DNA from: Eledone cirrhosa
Taxonomy: Eukaryota
Length of the DNA stretch: 64,000 nt
Direction: 5' to 3'
NCBI GenBank assembly: GCA_964016885.1
Contig: OZ024740.1
Span: 65,658,001-65,722,000, forward strand
The notes beneath the pieces are model-generated. The model was not told where the DNA came from, made no database searches, and saw only the letters and a list, made by a program, of their open reading frames with translations. This document shows positions 53,388-64,000 of this stretch, in pieces; the first letter of the stretch is position 1, and each line of letters opens with the position of its first letter. Made by a program: the position numbers and the translations under genes.

Positions 53388-53799
53388 TAATGTGTGGTGA
53401 CAGTCAAGTTTGCAATTTTCAACTGTAATGAGATGGGTAAATGTTGTACCTTATATACAGTGAAAAGTGGCTCCAGAATGCTAAATCTTGCAAACTGTAT
53501 TTCGACCAATCGGTGTGTAGTTTCACTGAATTACTAAAGCTGAATTGTTTAGGCGTCACGGTTGGTTATACATGTCTAACGACCACTAATTGATCCTATC
53601 CAAAGCATCAATTGTTTTGCTATTTTTAGAAATGATGAAAATAGCATTTTCTAGTAATCATAACCATCAACATCACTTTTATTATTATTGTTATTGTTGT
53701 TGTTGTTAGTGGTCGTAGTCATAGTCATAGTAGAAGTAATACCCCTAAGCATTATTATTGTTCATTTAGCTTGGGTTTCAATATCACTTTTATTATTTC

Positions 53800-53945
53800 C
53801 AGCATAGTTACGTCCCTATACGATCTCAGTTCAAATCCCGCCGAGGTTGACTTTGCCTTTCATCCTTACGGGGTCGATAAAATAAAGTACCAGTAATGCA
53901 CTGGGTAATTGCTGGCCTTGTACCTAAAGTAGAAACAATTATTAT
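53800..53945 (+). mobile_element. SINE copy inside the inverted PLE arm
   Basis: SINE core and tail; the flanking PLE segment is duplicated (about 53680-53780 and 53945-54060). Confidence 0.82.
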
Positions 53946-56693
53946 TATTATTGTTGTTGTTGTTGTTGTTGTTAGTGGTCGTAATCGACATGGTCGTAGT
54001 CATAGTCATAGTAGAAGTAATACCCCTAAGTATTATTATTGTTCATTTAGCTTGGGTTGGAATTTATCAATAAAATTATTTTCTTTGATTTTTCTCTTGA
54101 TTTCACTTGGGCCGTGTAATTTGTAGAATGGGAATATTATAAATATTCCCTGACCACATGTTGCTAGATGGTTACTTAGGGGTATCTGACGAACATTTGG
54201 GTCTCTGATTTGCTGACGGTGTACCCGTGCACGTTCCGATAGTGCATTTCCAGTTTGACCGACATATAGTTCTTCACAATTAGGGCATTTAATGCAGTAA
54301 GTTAGATTTCTGCTTTTGCAGTTCATATTTGCCTTTGGGAGTATTTTTCAAATACATTGACATCCTGTCTAAATTTCCTCTTAGACGTAATACTAATGTT
54401 AGGCCAAACATTAACAAATCAGAAATGCCTGCACTTAAGCGTATACAAAATGATAAAACAATAATAATTAAACAGGCAGATAAAGGGGGTGCAGTTGTTA
54501 TAATGGATAATGAATACTACAAGGATTTGGTTGAGGAACAACTGAAAGACACAACATTCTATCATGAAATACCGTCAAATATAGACCACAACATCATGAA
54601 GAAGATCAACAACCTGACTTCAAAATACCCCAACACACTTACTGATAAGGAAAGAGACTACATTACCAATTTTGAGCCAAAACCCAGCAATCTGTATGGC
54701 CTACCGAAAGTTCATAAGTCAAAAGAAATACAATTGGCAGTAAGAGAACAAAACAGTGAGTACATTAAATTACTACACCCAAAAGACTTAAAACATAGAC
54801 CTATTATAGCTGGTCCAACATGCCCCACCCACCGTCTAAGCAATGTTGTTGACATTATTTTGAAACCACTATGTATTCACATACCCAGTTTCATCCGGGA
54901 TGATATCGACTTCCTGTCACATCTTCCCAAAACCACGGAAACGAATTCACTTCTACTTAGTTTTGATGTGGTAACCCTTTACACCAACATTACAGATGAT
55001 TTAGCAATAAAGGCGGTTAAATACTGGGTGGAAAAACATAGAGAAGTGATTCCCATCAGATTAACAGCGCCATTTATATTAGACGCAGTTAAACTTATTC
55101 TGGATAACAACATTTTCTTCTTCAATGGAAAGAATTACATCCAAATTAGAGGCACAGCGATGGGAACGAAGTTTGCTCCCGTTTACGCGAACTCTGTAAT
55201 GGGATACTTAGAACTACCAAGAAATAGAGGACGAATATAGTACTGACTTTAGAAAGTACATTGAAAAATCTTGGAAGAGATACCTTGACGACTGTTTCAT
55301 CATCTGGACAGACTCTCTAGATACTCTGGATTAGTTCAATATGCTCCTGAATAACCTACACCATCTCTCCAATTCACAAAAGAGATGAGTAGGACCAAAT
55401 TACCATTCCTAGATATAATGATAATCAAAAACGACACCACCATTACCACGGATATATATTATAAACACACAGACAAACATCAATATCTGAATTTTAAGTC
55501 GTGTCATCCAACTCATACAAAACGCAACATCCCATACTGCCTAGCCAGAAGAATTTGTACCATTGTAGAATATACAAATACCAGGTACAAACGCCTAACA
55601 GAACTAAGAGAATTTTTGCTCAAACAAAAATACCCATCTCTACCTATAGAAAATGACATACAGCGGGCTATAAAAATACCTAAAAAACAACTTAGGACAA
55701 CCCAAGGAAGAAGAAACCAAGAACTGGTCATACCATTTATAATGACACACAACCCATGTCACCAGAATATCTTCAACACTGCGAAAGCAAAGCGACCGAT
55801 CATTGCTCAAAGTAATGAATTAAAAGGCTTAATAACAGATCGATTTTTGACTCTTAGTAAAAGACAGCCGAAAAATTTGAAGCAATTACTAACAAAAGCA
55901 AAGTTTGACTTTAACAACAAAGACCAATCATTCACTGTATCTAAATGCAATGATAGTTGATGCGGCACATGTCAATCCATACATGCCGGTCAATATATGA
56001 AAACAAAAACTGGAAAAATATTCCCAAGTGCAAATACAAACTGCAAAAGCAGAAATCTAATTTACTGCATTAAATGCCCGAATTGTGAAGAACTATATGT
56101 CGGTCAAACTGTAAATGCAATATCGGAACGTGCACGGGTACACCGTCAGCAAATCAGAGACCCAAATATCCGTCAGATTCTCCTAAGTAACCATCTAGCA
56201 ACATGTGGTCAGGGAATATTTATAATATTCCCATTCTACAAATTACACAGCCCAAGTGAAATCAAGAGAAAAATCAAAGAAAATAATTTTATTGATAAAT
56301 TCAAACCCAAGCTAAATGAACAATAATAATGCTTAGGGGTATTACTTCTACTATGACTATGACTACGACCACTAACAACAACAACAATAACAATAATAAT
56401 AAAAGTGATGTTGATGGTTATGATTACTAGAAAATGCTATTTTCATCATTTCTAAAAATAGCAAAACAATTGATGCTTTGGATAGGATCAATTAGTGGTC
56501 GTTAGACATGCTCAACCAACCGTGACGCCTAAACCAATCAGCTTTAGTAATTCAGTGAAGCTACACACCGATTGGTCGAAATACAGTTTGAAAGATTTAG
56601 CATTCTGGAGTCACTTTTCACTGTATATAAAATACAAAATTTACCCATCTCATTACAGTTCAAAATTGCAAACTTGACTGTCACCACACATTA

Positions 56694-56732
56694 TGGACCT
56701 GAAGATTGCGAAAGCATGAAAGTACTTGTTCA
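56694..56732 (+). ncRNA. Minimal type-I hammerhead ribozyme in PLE pLTR
   Basis: TGGAC CTGAAGA TTGC gaaa GCAT GAAA GTAC TT GTTCA. Confidence 0.75.
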
Positions 56733-56889
56733 ATTAACACTTAGAATTTAATATTCTATCGTACTATTTCATTATAATACCATTATACATTTTAAAGGAT
56801 TGTAAATAAAACGAGTAAATCAGACAGTTGGAATTTCTCTTATTAATATAATCTTCTATACACAATCATACACACCCATGAATATTTAT

Positions 56890-57027
<138 letters not shown>

Positions 57028-57559
57028 GAATATTCATGTGTATGTGTGTATCCGTAAACAATTTACACTTCAGTGTATGTATATTGTTAGGGTTTTCGAA
57101 CGTAATTATACTTTCCAGTGATAGAGACAACACACGGAATACAAAATAAATGTGTACAATAACATTAGTTCTATACAAAAGATAATTTATCAGGAAGAAT
57201 TGGAGGTCTAAAATAAGTATATTCCGAACCATAACTTCACTATATGCTCATTTCCTTCTGAAAAATTTCATATTTTTGGATAAATTGATGTGTTCGAGGA
57301 GACCATTGAATTATGCTATGTTTATTTAATAACTATTTACAACGCGGAAATATACGATATTTTAAATTAACCGATGAAATGTAAGAGTATCGCAGATTCC
57401 ATATCGTATATTCATACCAACACACACACACGCATAAAGCACACGCACACACAGATACACACACACACACACACACACACACGCGCGCACACATACACTT
57501 CGAATCACGCCACCTACATCCACAAAACGTATAAACAAAACACACACGTGCGTACCCCC

Positions 57560-57860
57560 ACATATATACACTCTCAGCCTCCGGACTCCTCTTCCACCAC
57601 TTGTTTATCTTCATGTTTATTTTTATTTGTTATTTATTTTTATTTGTAGCCCTTCCACTGTTTTTCCTCCCTTTCCTCTCCCACCTTTTTTCTAAATGTC
57701 TCTCCTACACTCCCCTACACACCCTCGGAATTCTCTTCCCACCCACTTTTAGCCTGAATAAGGGCTTATGCCTGAAACGACCCCCCTCTCAAGAGCGTGA
57801 AAATAATAAACCTTTGTTCCTACTGCCTCTCTGTTTTGTTCCCGTTCCATTTTTCACTAT
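57560..57860 (+). mobile_element. Probable solo PLE pLTR with degenerate HHR
   Basis: C/T-rich tract, then CTGAATA AGGGC TTAT GCCT GAAAC at about 57755-57780, then AATAAA and (TA)n. Confidence 0.45.
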
Positions 57861-58266
57861 ATATACATATATATATATACATGTGAATCGAACCACGGAG
57901 ACGCCCTTACAAACATTTTAGTAATACATCCTCACATAACTGTGTTAAAAACTATATATACACCATATCTATAAACATACATGCAAACAAAAATGAAACC
58001 ACCCAAGAACCATGTAAACATACACAAATACGTACATATATATATAGAGAGAGATATATATAATCAGATAGATAGATATATATAACGAAGGAGGTGTGGT
58101 AAGGAACAGGATGGACCATAACGCACCGGAGTACACAATACTTAGGCTAGTAGAGTGGGTAATAGGAAAATGTTTAACTCTGACGGCAGAGCACAAGCCG
58201 TTTCGACGGCTGTTTACTGAAAAAGCCATCCAAACGCCTTGAATTCTGCCGTCGGGGTTAAACATT

Positions 58267-58311
<45 letters not shown>

Positions 58312-58531
58312 ATAGATAGGTGAGAGCAAACATCACGAGCGCTCTATCTCAAAATTATTTTTGAAATTAGAATGCGCAACCGGTAGACACTTAAAACTAA
58401 AACTGATACTAACCAATACTTATTACTAATTTATACTTATTCCTAATTAAACTATTTTTCACTGGGAAAAATTTGTCAGCGTTTCCTTTTCCTTTTACTA
58501 ATATATCACAACTCGTGTATTACACCTCTAT

Positions 58532-58608
<77 letters not shown>

Positions 58609-58752
58609 ATACTTTGGGATGGTCATGTTGCCAATAAGAAACACGCACCAGTTGCTTTCACTTCAATTTATTATAATAAATTTATAAATTGAGGAATTTA
58701 TAAATTTCCAGTTGGTTGGTTGGTTCCACAACCGGATGGTTGTTTATATATT

Positions 58753-58795
58753 GTCAAAGTTCTTTCGTCACACATACTGTGACCTCTTCAGTAAC
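58753..58795 (-). ncRNA. Minimal type-I hammerhead ribozyme
   Basis: GUUA CUGAAGA g GUCACA guaug UGUGAC GAAA GAAC UU UGAC. Confidence 0.65.
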
Positions 58796-60098
58796 TGGGG
58801 ATACTTTTCTTTGTTTTTGTGCCTCTCCTTTGTTCTGTCCTACGCCATTTTGTTTCTGTGTGTGTGTTGTGTGCTCCGTCTGTGCATGCGCCACATCCGG
58901 GTGTCTGTGTGTGTTTATATTCGTTTATTTATTTGTTTATTTATATGTTACAGGTTGGTTGTTTGTTCTATGTGCGTGTGTGTTTTCATTTTGTCCTTAA
59001 TTGTAAGTTGTGATGTTGCTGTTCCACTCATGTTTTCTATTTAATTTTGGTTGTAATTCTTTTATGTTTATTGCCTCTGTGATTTGTCTACACATTGCGT
59101 CTTTTCTGTGTGTAGATTCTATTTTTATTTCTATGTCCTCTAATTTACCCTTATGTTATATTTTAGCATGTTGGTAGAGTACAGATGATTCTTTACTATC
59201 TTGAAGGTCTCGCCAGTGTTCATTTATCCGTTCCCCTACACTACGAGCTGTCTTACCTATGTACACTATATTTTTGTCTCTACATTGTCCTTCAGTACAT
59301 CTTATGCTATATACTACATTTCTAGTTTTACAGTTAATATGGGGGCTTAATTTACAGATTATACATTTCTTATCTATACAGGGTGTCTTTGAAAAGAGGT
59401 ATGTCTTGCTAATAAGTGTTTTTACGGAGGTACCTGGTCTTTCTACTATCTTAATATTGAGTTTATGTTTATCTAGGGCCCTTCTAAATTTGTAAGCTAA
59501 TTCACCTCTAGGGGTTGTATCGATGAACATTACACTCTGGTATTTATTGCTATCATACCATGAGTTTATTCTATTAGCCTTATTCCTACGTTGATGATAT
59601 AAACATCGTAGTTAAAACACCCCCACTAGAGAACAGTCAGGAACTAGAGAAAAACACAATGGAGAGCATCCAGCAAATAGCTAACTGCATCCACCAGAGT
59701 ATTAGAGTTACTATAGACTACCCAAGTAAACACCCCAACCATCGATTACCTGTACTAGACACAGAGCTTTGGTTAGATACCATTAATAACAAAAAACAAA
59801 TCCTCCATTCCCATTATGCCAAACCCATGACTTCCAAATATCTGATCCACCGAAACTCAACTGTTTCGGACCATACCAACATCACAACTTACAATTAAGG
59901 ACAAAATGAAAACACACACGCACATACACAAACAACCAACCTGTAACATGTAAATAAACAAATAAATAAACGAATATAAACACACACAAACACCCGTATG
60001 TGGCGCATGCGCAGACGGAGCACACAACACACACACAGAAACAAAATGGCGTAGGACAGAACAAAGGAGAGGCACAAAAACAAAGAAAATAATCCCCA

Positions 60099-60141
60099 GT
60101 CACTGAAGAGGTCACACAATGTGTGACGAAAGAACTTTGAC
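60099..60141 (+). ncRNA. Minimal type-I hammerhead ribozyme
   Basis: GTCA CTGAAGA g GTCACAC aat GTGTGAC GAAA GAAC TT TGAC. Confidence 0.7.
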
Positions 60142-60350
60142 AATATATAAACAACCATCCGGTTGTGGAACCAACCAACCAACCGGAAATTTATAAATTC
60201 CTCAATTTATAAATTTAATATAATAAATTGAAGTGAAAGCAATTGGTGCGTGTGTTTCTTATTGGCAACATGACCCTCCCAAAGTATCACAATATCGGTT
60301 TCAACACACGTTTTCAGATAAATAATCTTGCTAAACAAATTCAGAAACGA

Positions 60351-60382
<32 letters not shown>

Positions 60383-60541
60383 TATACTTAAGGGAAACAA
60401 CAGTCTGTTCGGGCAGGCCTGGCGGCTAAAGGACAAAAATATCAGCTTCTGAAGAGTAATGAATCGTCATTAAACGCACGTTTCGCAGAGGAACATTGTA
60501 CACACAAACACACACACACACGCACGCCCCCCCCCCCCCCC

Positions 60542-60604
<63 letters not shown>

Positions 60605-60643
60605 ACAGTAGGTTGGACTGGTGTAAACCTTGAAAGGTTTATT

Positions 60644-60701
60644 ATACTATGATCATTTCAATGACCGGGTTCCATATGAATCCGGTGATATCATCAGGTA
60701 T
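60644..60701 (-). ncRNA. Type-I hammerhead ribozyme
   Basis: AUAC CUGAUGA uaucACCGGauuc auaug gaacCCGGUcauu GAAA UGAUCA UA GUAU; palindromic AUGAUCAU stem III. Confidence 0.8.
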
Positions 60702-61483
60702 TCGAAATATAACAAAGGAATATGTAAAAACCATGGGTCCGCAAAATCAGAGACAGAGAGGACGACTGACCAACTAGCTGCTTTCACCTCGGCCAGTCGT
60801 CCTCAAAGTGATGGCCACTCCGTCTGCTAATGACCATCTGGTGAGGGGGCGAAGGCTTATAATGTACTACCCCCTCTCCGTCAAAGAATAAAAAAGGGGA
60901 AGAAAGAAAGAAGAAAAAAGAAAGAAGTTAGCGTAAGGGTCACACTACAGTCACGCTAGAAAACGCTGCGAAAAATGTTATTCCAAAGAATCTATATCTT
61001 AATAAAGGCATATTTAATGGGTGTCTGTATGGTCTAATGTGTGAACAGAAAATTGGAAGGTTAAACTTATGTTACGAGTTATAGGATGAAATTAAATTAA
61101 AAAATAATAAATAATTATTCGCACCACCAACTACACAAACGAAGACGGGTGAACTGCACTACGTTGAGTACTCTCCACAATATTACACCAAGATTGACCA
61201 TACGGAATGACCAATTCTATCCAGTAGGGAACCAACAAACCTAAAGAAATATATATATATATATATATATATAATCTATATTATGAGCGGCGAGCGTTTT
61301 ACAAGTAAATTTGATTTCATTTATATCCATTCAAATATGATTTTGATTCGGAACTTCCATATTTACGATACCCTCTCTTCGTTAAAATTTCTGCTTCATG
61401 AAAGACTAGTAGGAGAGAAAGGTATATATTAATCATATTTGCAGTGACTAAGCAAGTCCTTTCGGTTTTATATATGTATATGA

Positions 61484-61980
61484 AAGAAATAAGATTTTGC
61501 TTCAAGCATAGCTTTATACAATACGTATAGAAAGTTCGTATTTCGAAAGAAATACTGTTTTAGGAAGCCGTAGCTATGCAAACACCGGGGGGCTAACTCC
61601 TTCTAGTGATGTCCAGCAGAAGCAAGGGGGTACAACTTCTATGCATTCAGGCTTAACTGGCCATCGTCAGGACGATCCCGCCCACCGCTTGCGACTGCTG
61701 GACTAGAAGAAAGCCGAGAATTTATAGCGTAAATGAGTTGATTAATCTCATTTGCATATGAAGCTGCATAAGTTGGCTCAAATTATAATAGAATAGAAAT
61801 AAGATTTCGCTTCAAGCATAGCTTTATACAATATGTATAGAAATTTCGTAATTTGAAAGAAATAAAGTTTTAGGAAGCCGTAGCTATGCAAAAACCGGGG
61901 GGACATCACCAGAGGGCGTTAGCCCCCCGGTATTTTCATAGCTACGGCTTCCTAAAACCGTATTTCTTTTGAAATACGAA

Positions 61981-61985
<5 letters not shown>
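61484..61985. repeat. Direct plus inverted repeat cluster ending at (TA)n
   Basis: 61484-61590 is repeated at 61794-61902; 61901-61985 is the reverse complement of about 61530-61612. Confidence 0.8.
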
Positions 61986-62029
<44 letters not shown>

Positions 62030-62036
<7 letters not shown>

Positions 62037-62505
62037 ATAATAATAAATTTGAAGATTAAAATCCAAAGAGGGCTCGATAAGGATAAATATATATCAGATA
62101 TATAAGAACCATAGAGCAAATATTTATTAAAATAACAGATTAAAGTTTAATCAAAGAATCGCTGCTTTCTCCCTTAACGGGATCTTCTGAAACTAAAACA
62201 TTCTCCATGAACCACATAATAGAATATTAGTCTACTACTTCATTTATACCATAAACGTGGTTTTGTCTTCGCGTGTAATTGTTTTCACTGCACCAAATAA
62301 TGACGTATTATCTTAGATTTTTCTGTTTTTTTGCCAGGAAACGTTTCCACGAACCAAAATATCGTCTTCCTGTCTTCCTTCGGTTGCAACGTGTTTTTGA
62401 AATATGTACGTCTGCGTTCACAGATTGACTTTTTTTTTGTTTCAGAAGATCCCGTTAAGGGTGAAAGCAGCGATTCTTTGCTTAAACTTTAATCTGTTAT
62501 TTTAA
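62030..62505. mobile_element. Foldback PLE-pLTR unit of the 1650-3065 family, with two CAGAAGA hammerheads (62144-62194 minus, 62439-62487 plus)
   Basis: Matches 2690-3065 in both orientations. Confidence 0.82.
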
Positions 62506-62882
62506 TATATATATATGTATATATATTTATATATAAATTCAAACGATATAGAAAAATATCTTTCATATATCTAGTTGAGAAACACCTAGCATCATGTACA
62601 TATATATAATGATAATAATAAATGTACTCACTCATAGAAAGAATCAATTCAAGATTGTCTGAAGTTCACTGATACGCCTGTTTCGTGAGGTCCAAAATAC
62701 AATGTTTATAGTCGACCTACTGATTGGGTTCAATCACCAATTATTGACCTAATTAACAAAAACTCTCCAGACTGAGGAACAGTAAGTGTTTAAGGTCTTA
62801 TTATATATATTTCACTGGACATATACTCATTGTACTGACATGGCTTTAAAAATGAGGCTCGATTACATAACTGCAAACGAAC

Positions 62883-62985
62883 GAGGTTAACTTTGCCTTT
62901 CATCCTTACGGGGTCGATAAAATAAAGTACCAGTAATGTACTGGTTAATTGCTGGCCTTGTGCCAAAAGTAGAAACAATTATTAA
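62883..62985 (+). mobile_element. SINE 3' half
   Basis: SINE core and tail. Confidence 0.8.
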
Positions 62986-63001
62986 TATTCGAAAAATTCA
63001 G

Positions 63002-63038
<37 letters not shown>

Positions 63039-63056
63039 ACACACACACACACACAG

Positions 63057-63139
<83 letters not shown>

Positions 63140-63261
63140 AAGTTATATTTAAAATTGTTGGGTTACAACTAGTAAATATTTATAAAAGCACTCGACAAAT
63201 ATTTGGAGTATATTTACAATATTAAATAAATGGAAAACTATATTTATAAAACCATATTTAT

Positions 63262-63321
63262 TTCATTATATATATTTCGGCGATATCATATTAACAATAT
63301 GCTATGCCTTCATCAGACAAA
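63262..63321 (-). ncRNA. Type-I hammerhead ribozyme
   Basis: UUUGU CUGAUGA a GGC auagCAUAUU guu AAUAUG auauc GCC GAAA UAUAUA UA AUGAA; stem I includes G-U pairs. Confidence 0.65.
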
Positions 63322-63429
63322 ATACAATATAAACAGTTTTATAGATAAATATATTCGACATACCGTAATAAACATCAACTTCATTTGAAGAGGTTTACTC
63401 TAGCAGTGAAAATACAGAGAGAAAGAAAG

Positions 63430-64000
63430 AGAGAAAGGATCTCGTCGAATAGAAAGATTTTTGACGAAAAGGCCCAATACTATAATGATGCACTAGCTAG
63501 GGCAGGGTATGCTGATAAGATTGTATACATAGATAATGATAGACAAACTAAACAAAGTAACAACTTTTTTAATTACGGCAACAACATTAACAACTATAAT
63601 AGAAAGCATTACAATAATTCCAAAGGACAAACAAGAAATAGAACTAGGAACATAATTTGGTTTGCCCCCCCCCCCCTTTCTCACTAAACATTAAAACCCA
63701 CATCGCTAAATTATTTTTCAAAGCTCTTGATAATCGCTTCCCTAGAACACATAGGTATCACTCAATCTTCAATAGGCATACAATTAAATTAACCTACTCA
63801 TCCACCAAAAATTTAGCACAAAATATTAATAGAATAAATAATAGGAACTTAAAACCTACTGATAATAGCATAAATAATATACAAGTTAACAAATGTAACT
63901 GTAGAGATAGATCTAAATGTCCGTTAAATAACAACTGCTTAGTTAAAAATATAGTATACAATTGTAATGTTAATACTGACTCTAATTCTTTTAACTACGT
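63430..64000 (+). mobile_element. Penelope-like relic running off the window, preceded by an inverted pLTR (63225-63385)
   Basis: ISSNRKIFDEKAQYYNDALARAGY..RNIIWFAPP, then IFNRHTIKLTYS and CNCRDRSKCPLNNNCL..IVY. Confidence 0.85.

Larger units (their letters stand above)
53240..56850. mobile_element. Penelope-like element (plus, 54335-56850) preceded by an inverted copy of its own 3' end (53240-54335)
   Basis: RT: IIKQADKGGAVVIMD, LYGLPKVHK, RPIIAG, SFDVVTLYTNI, GTAMGTKFAPVYAN, RYLDD, LPFLD. GIY-YIG: NCKSRNLIYCIKCPNCEELYVGQT..SERARVHRQ, present at both 55997-56326(+) and 54036-54326(-). Few stops, so it is relatively young. Confidence 0.92.
58603..60293. mobile_element. Penelope-like relic with ~420-bp inverted arms
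   Basis: 58603-59020 vs 59875-60293 are reverse complements. Internal GIY-YIG on minus (CKTRNVVYSIRC..YIGKTARSVGERINEH, 59156-59530); RT thumb on plus (LPVLDTELW..YAKP, 59659-59875). Confidence 0.88.

Noticed and set aside
58169-58267. 23-bp-arm hairpin containing a stem-GAAA-CGGC-UU segment on minus
   Set aside because: The hairpin is real, but the CUGANGA half is absent, so it is not counted as a ribozyme.

Overview
Eukaryotic, AT-rich, microsatellite-dense genomic DNA. The SINE family and repeat landscape suggest an octopus or other cephalopod, which is an inference. I find no intact host gene, and most of the supplied short ORFs are microsatellite or antisense artefacts. The window is dominated by decayed retroelements: four R4/Dong-like (RLE) LINE copies, two tandem L1/Tx1-like LINEs, a short RTE-derived element, about nine copies of one tRNA-derived SINE, and at least eight Penelope-like element (PLE) relics, many in inverted or foldback arrangements. 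The main hidden signal is a dense set of type-I hammerhead ribozyme (HHR) folds. I count about 14 clear and 4 degenerate motifs from about 10 unrelated repeat families, on both strands. They carry recurrent non-canonical features: a U·U pair at the base of stem II, palindromic mini stem III, and a CAGAAGA core in one family. A 16-kb stack of four LINEs sits inside (TAA)n tracts. Two or three unique segments resemble small secreted-peptide precursor exons, which is speculative. All folds and alignments were done by eye.
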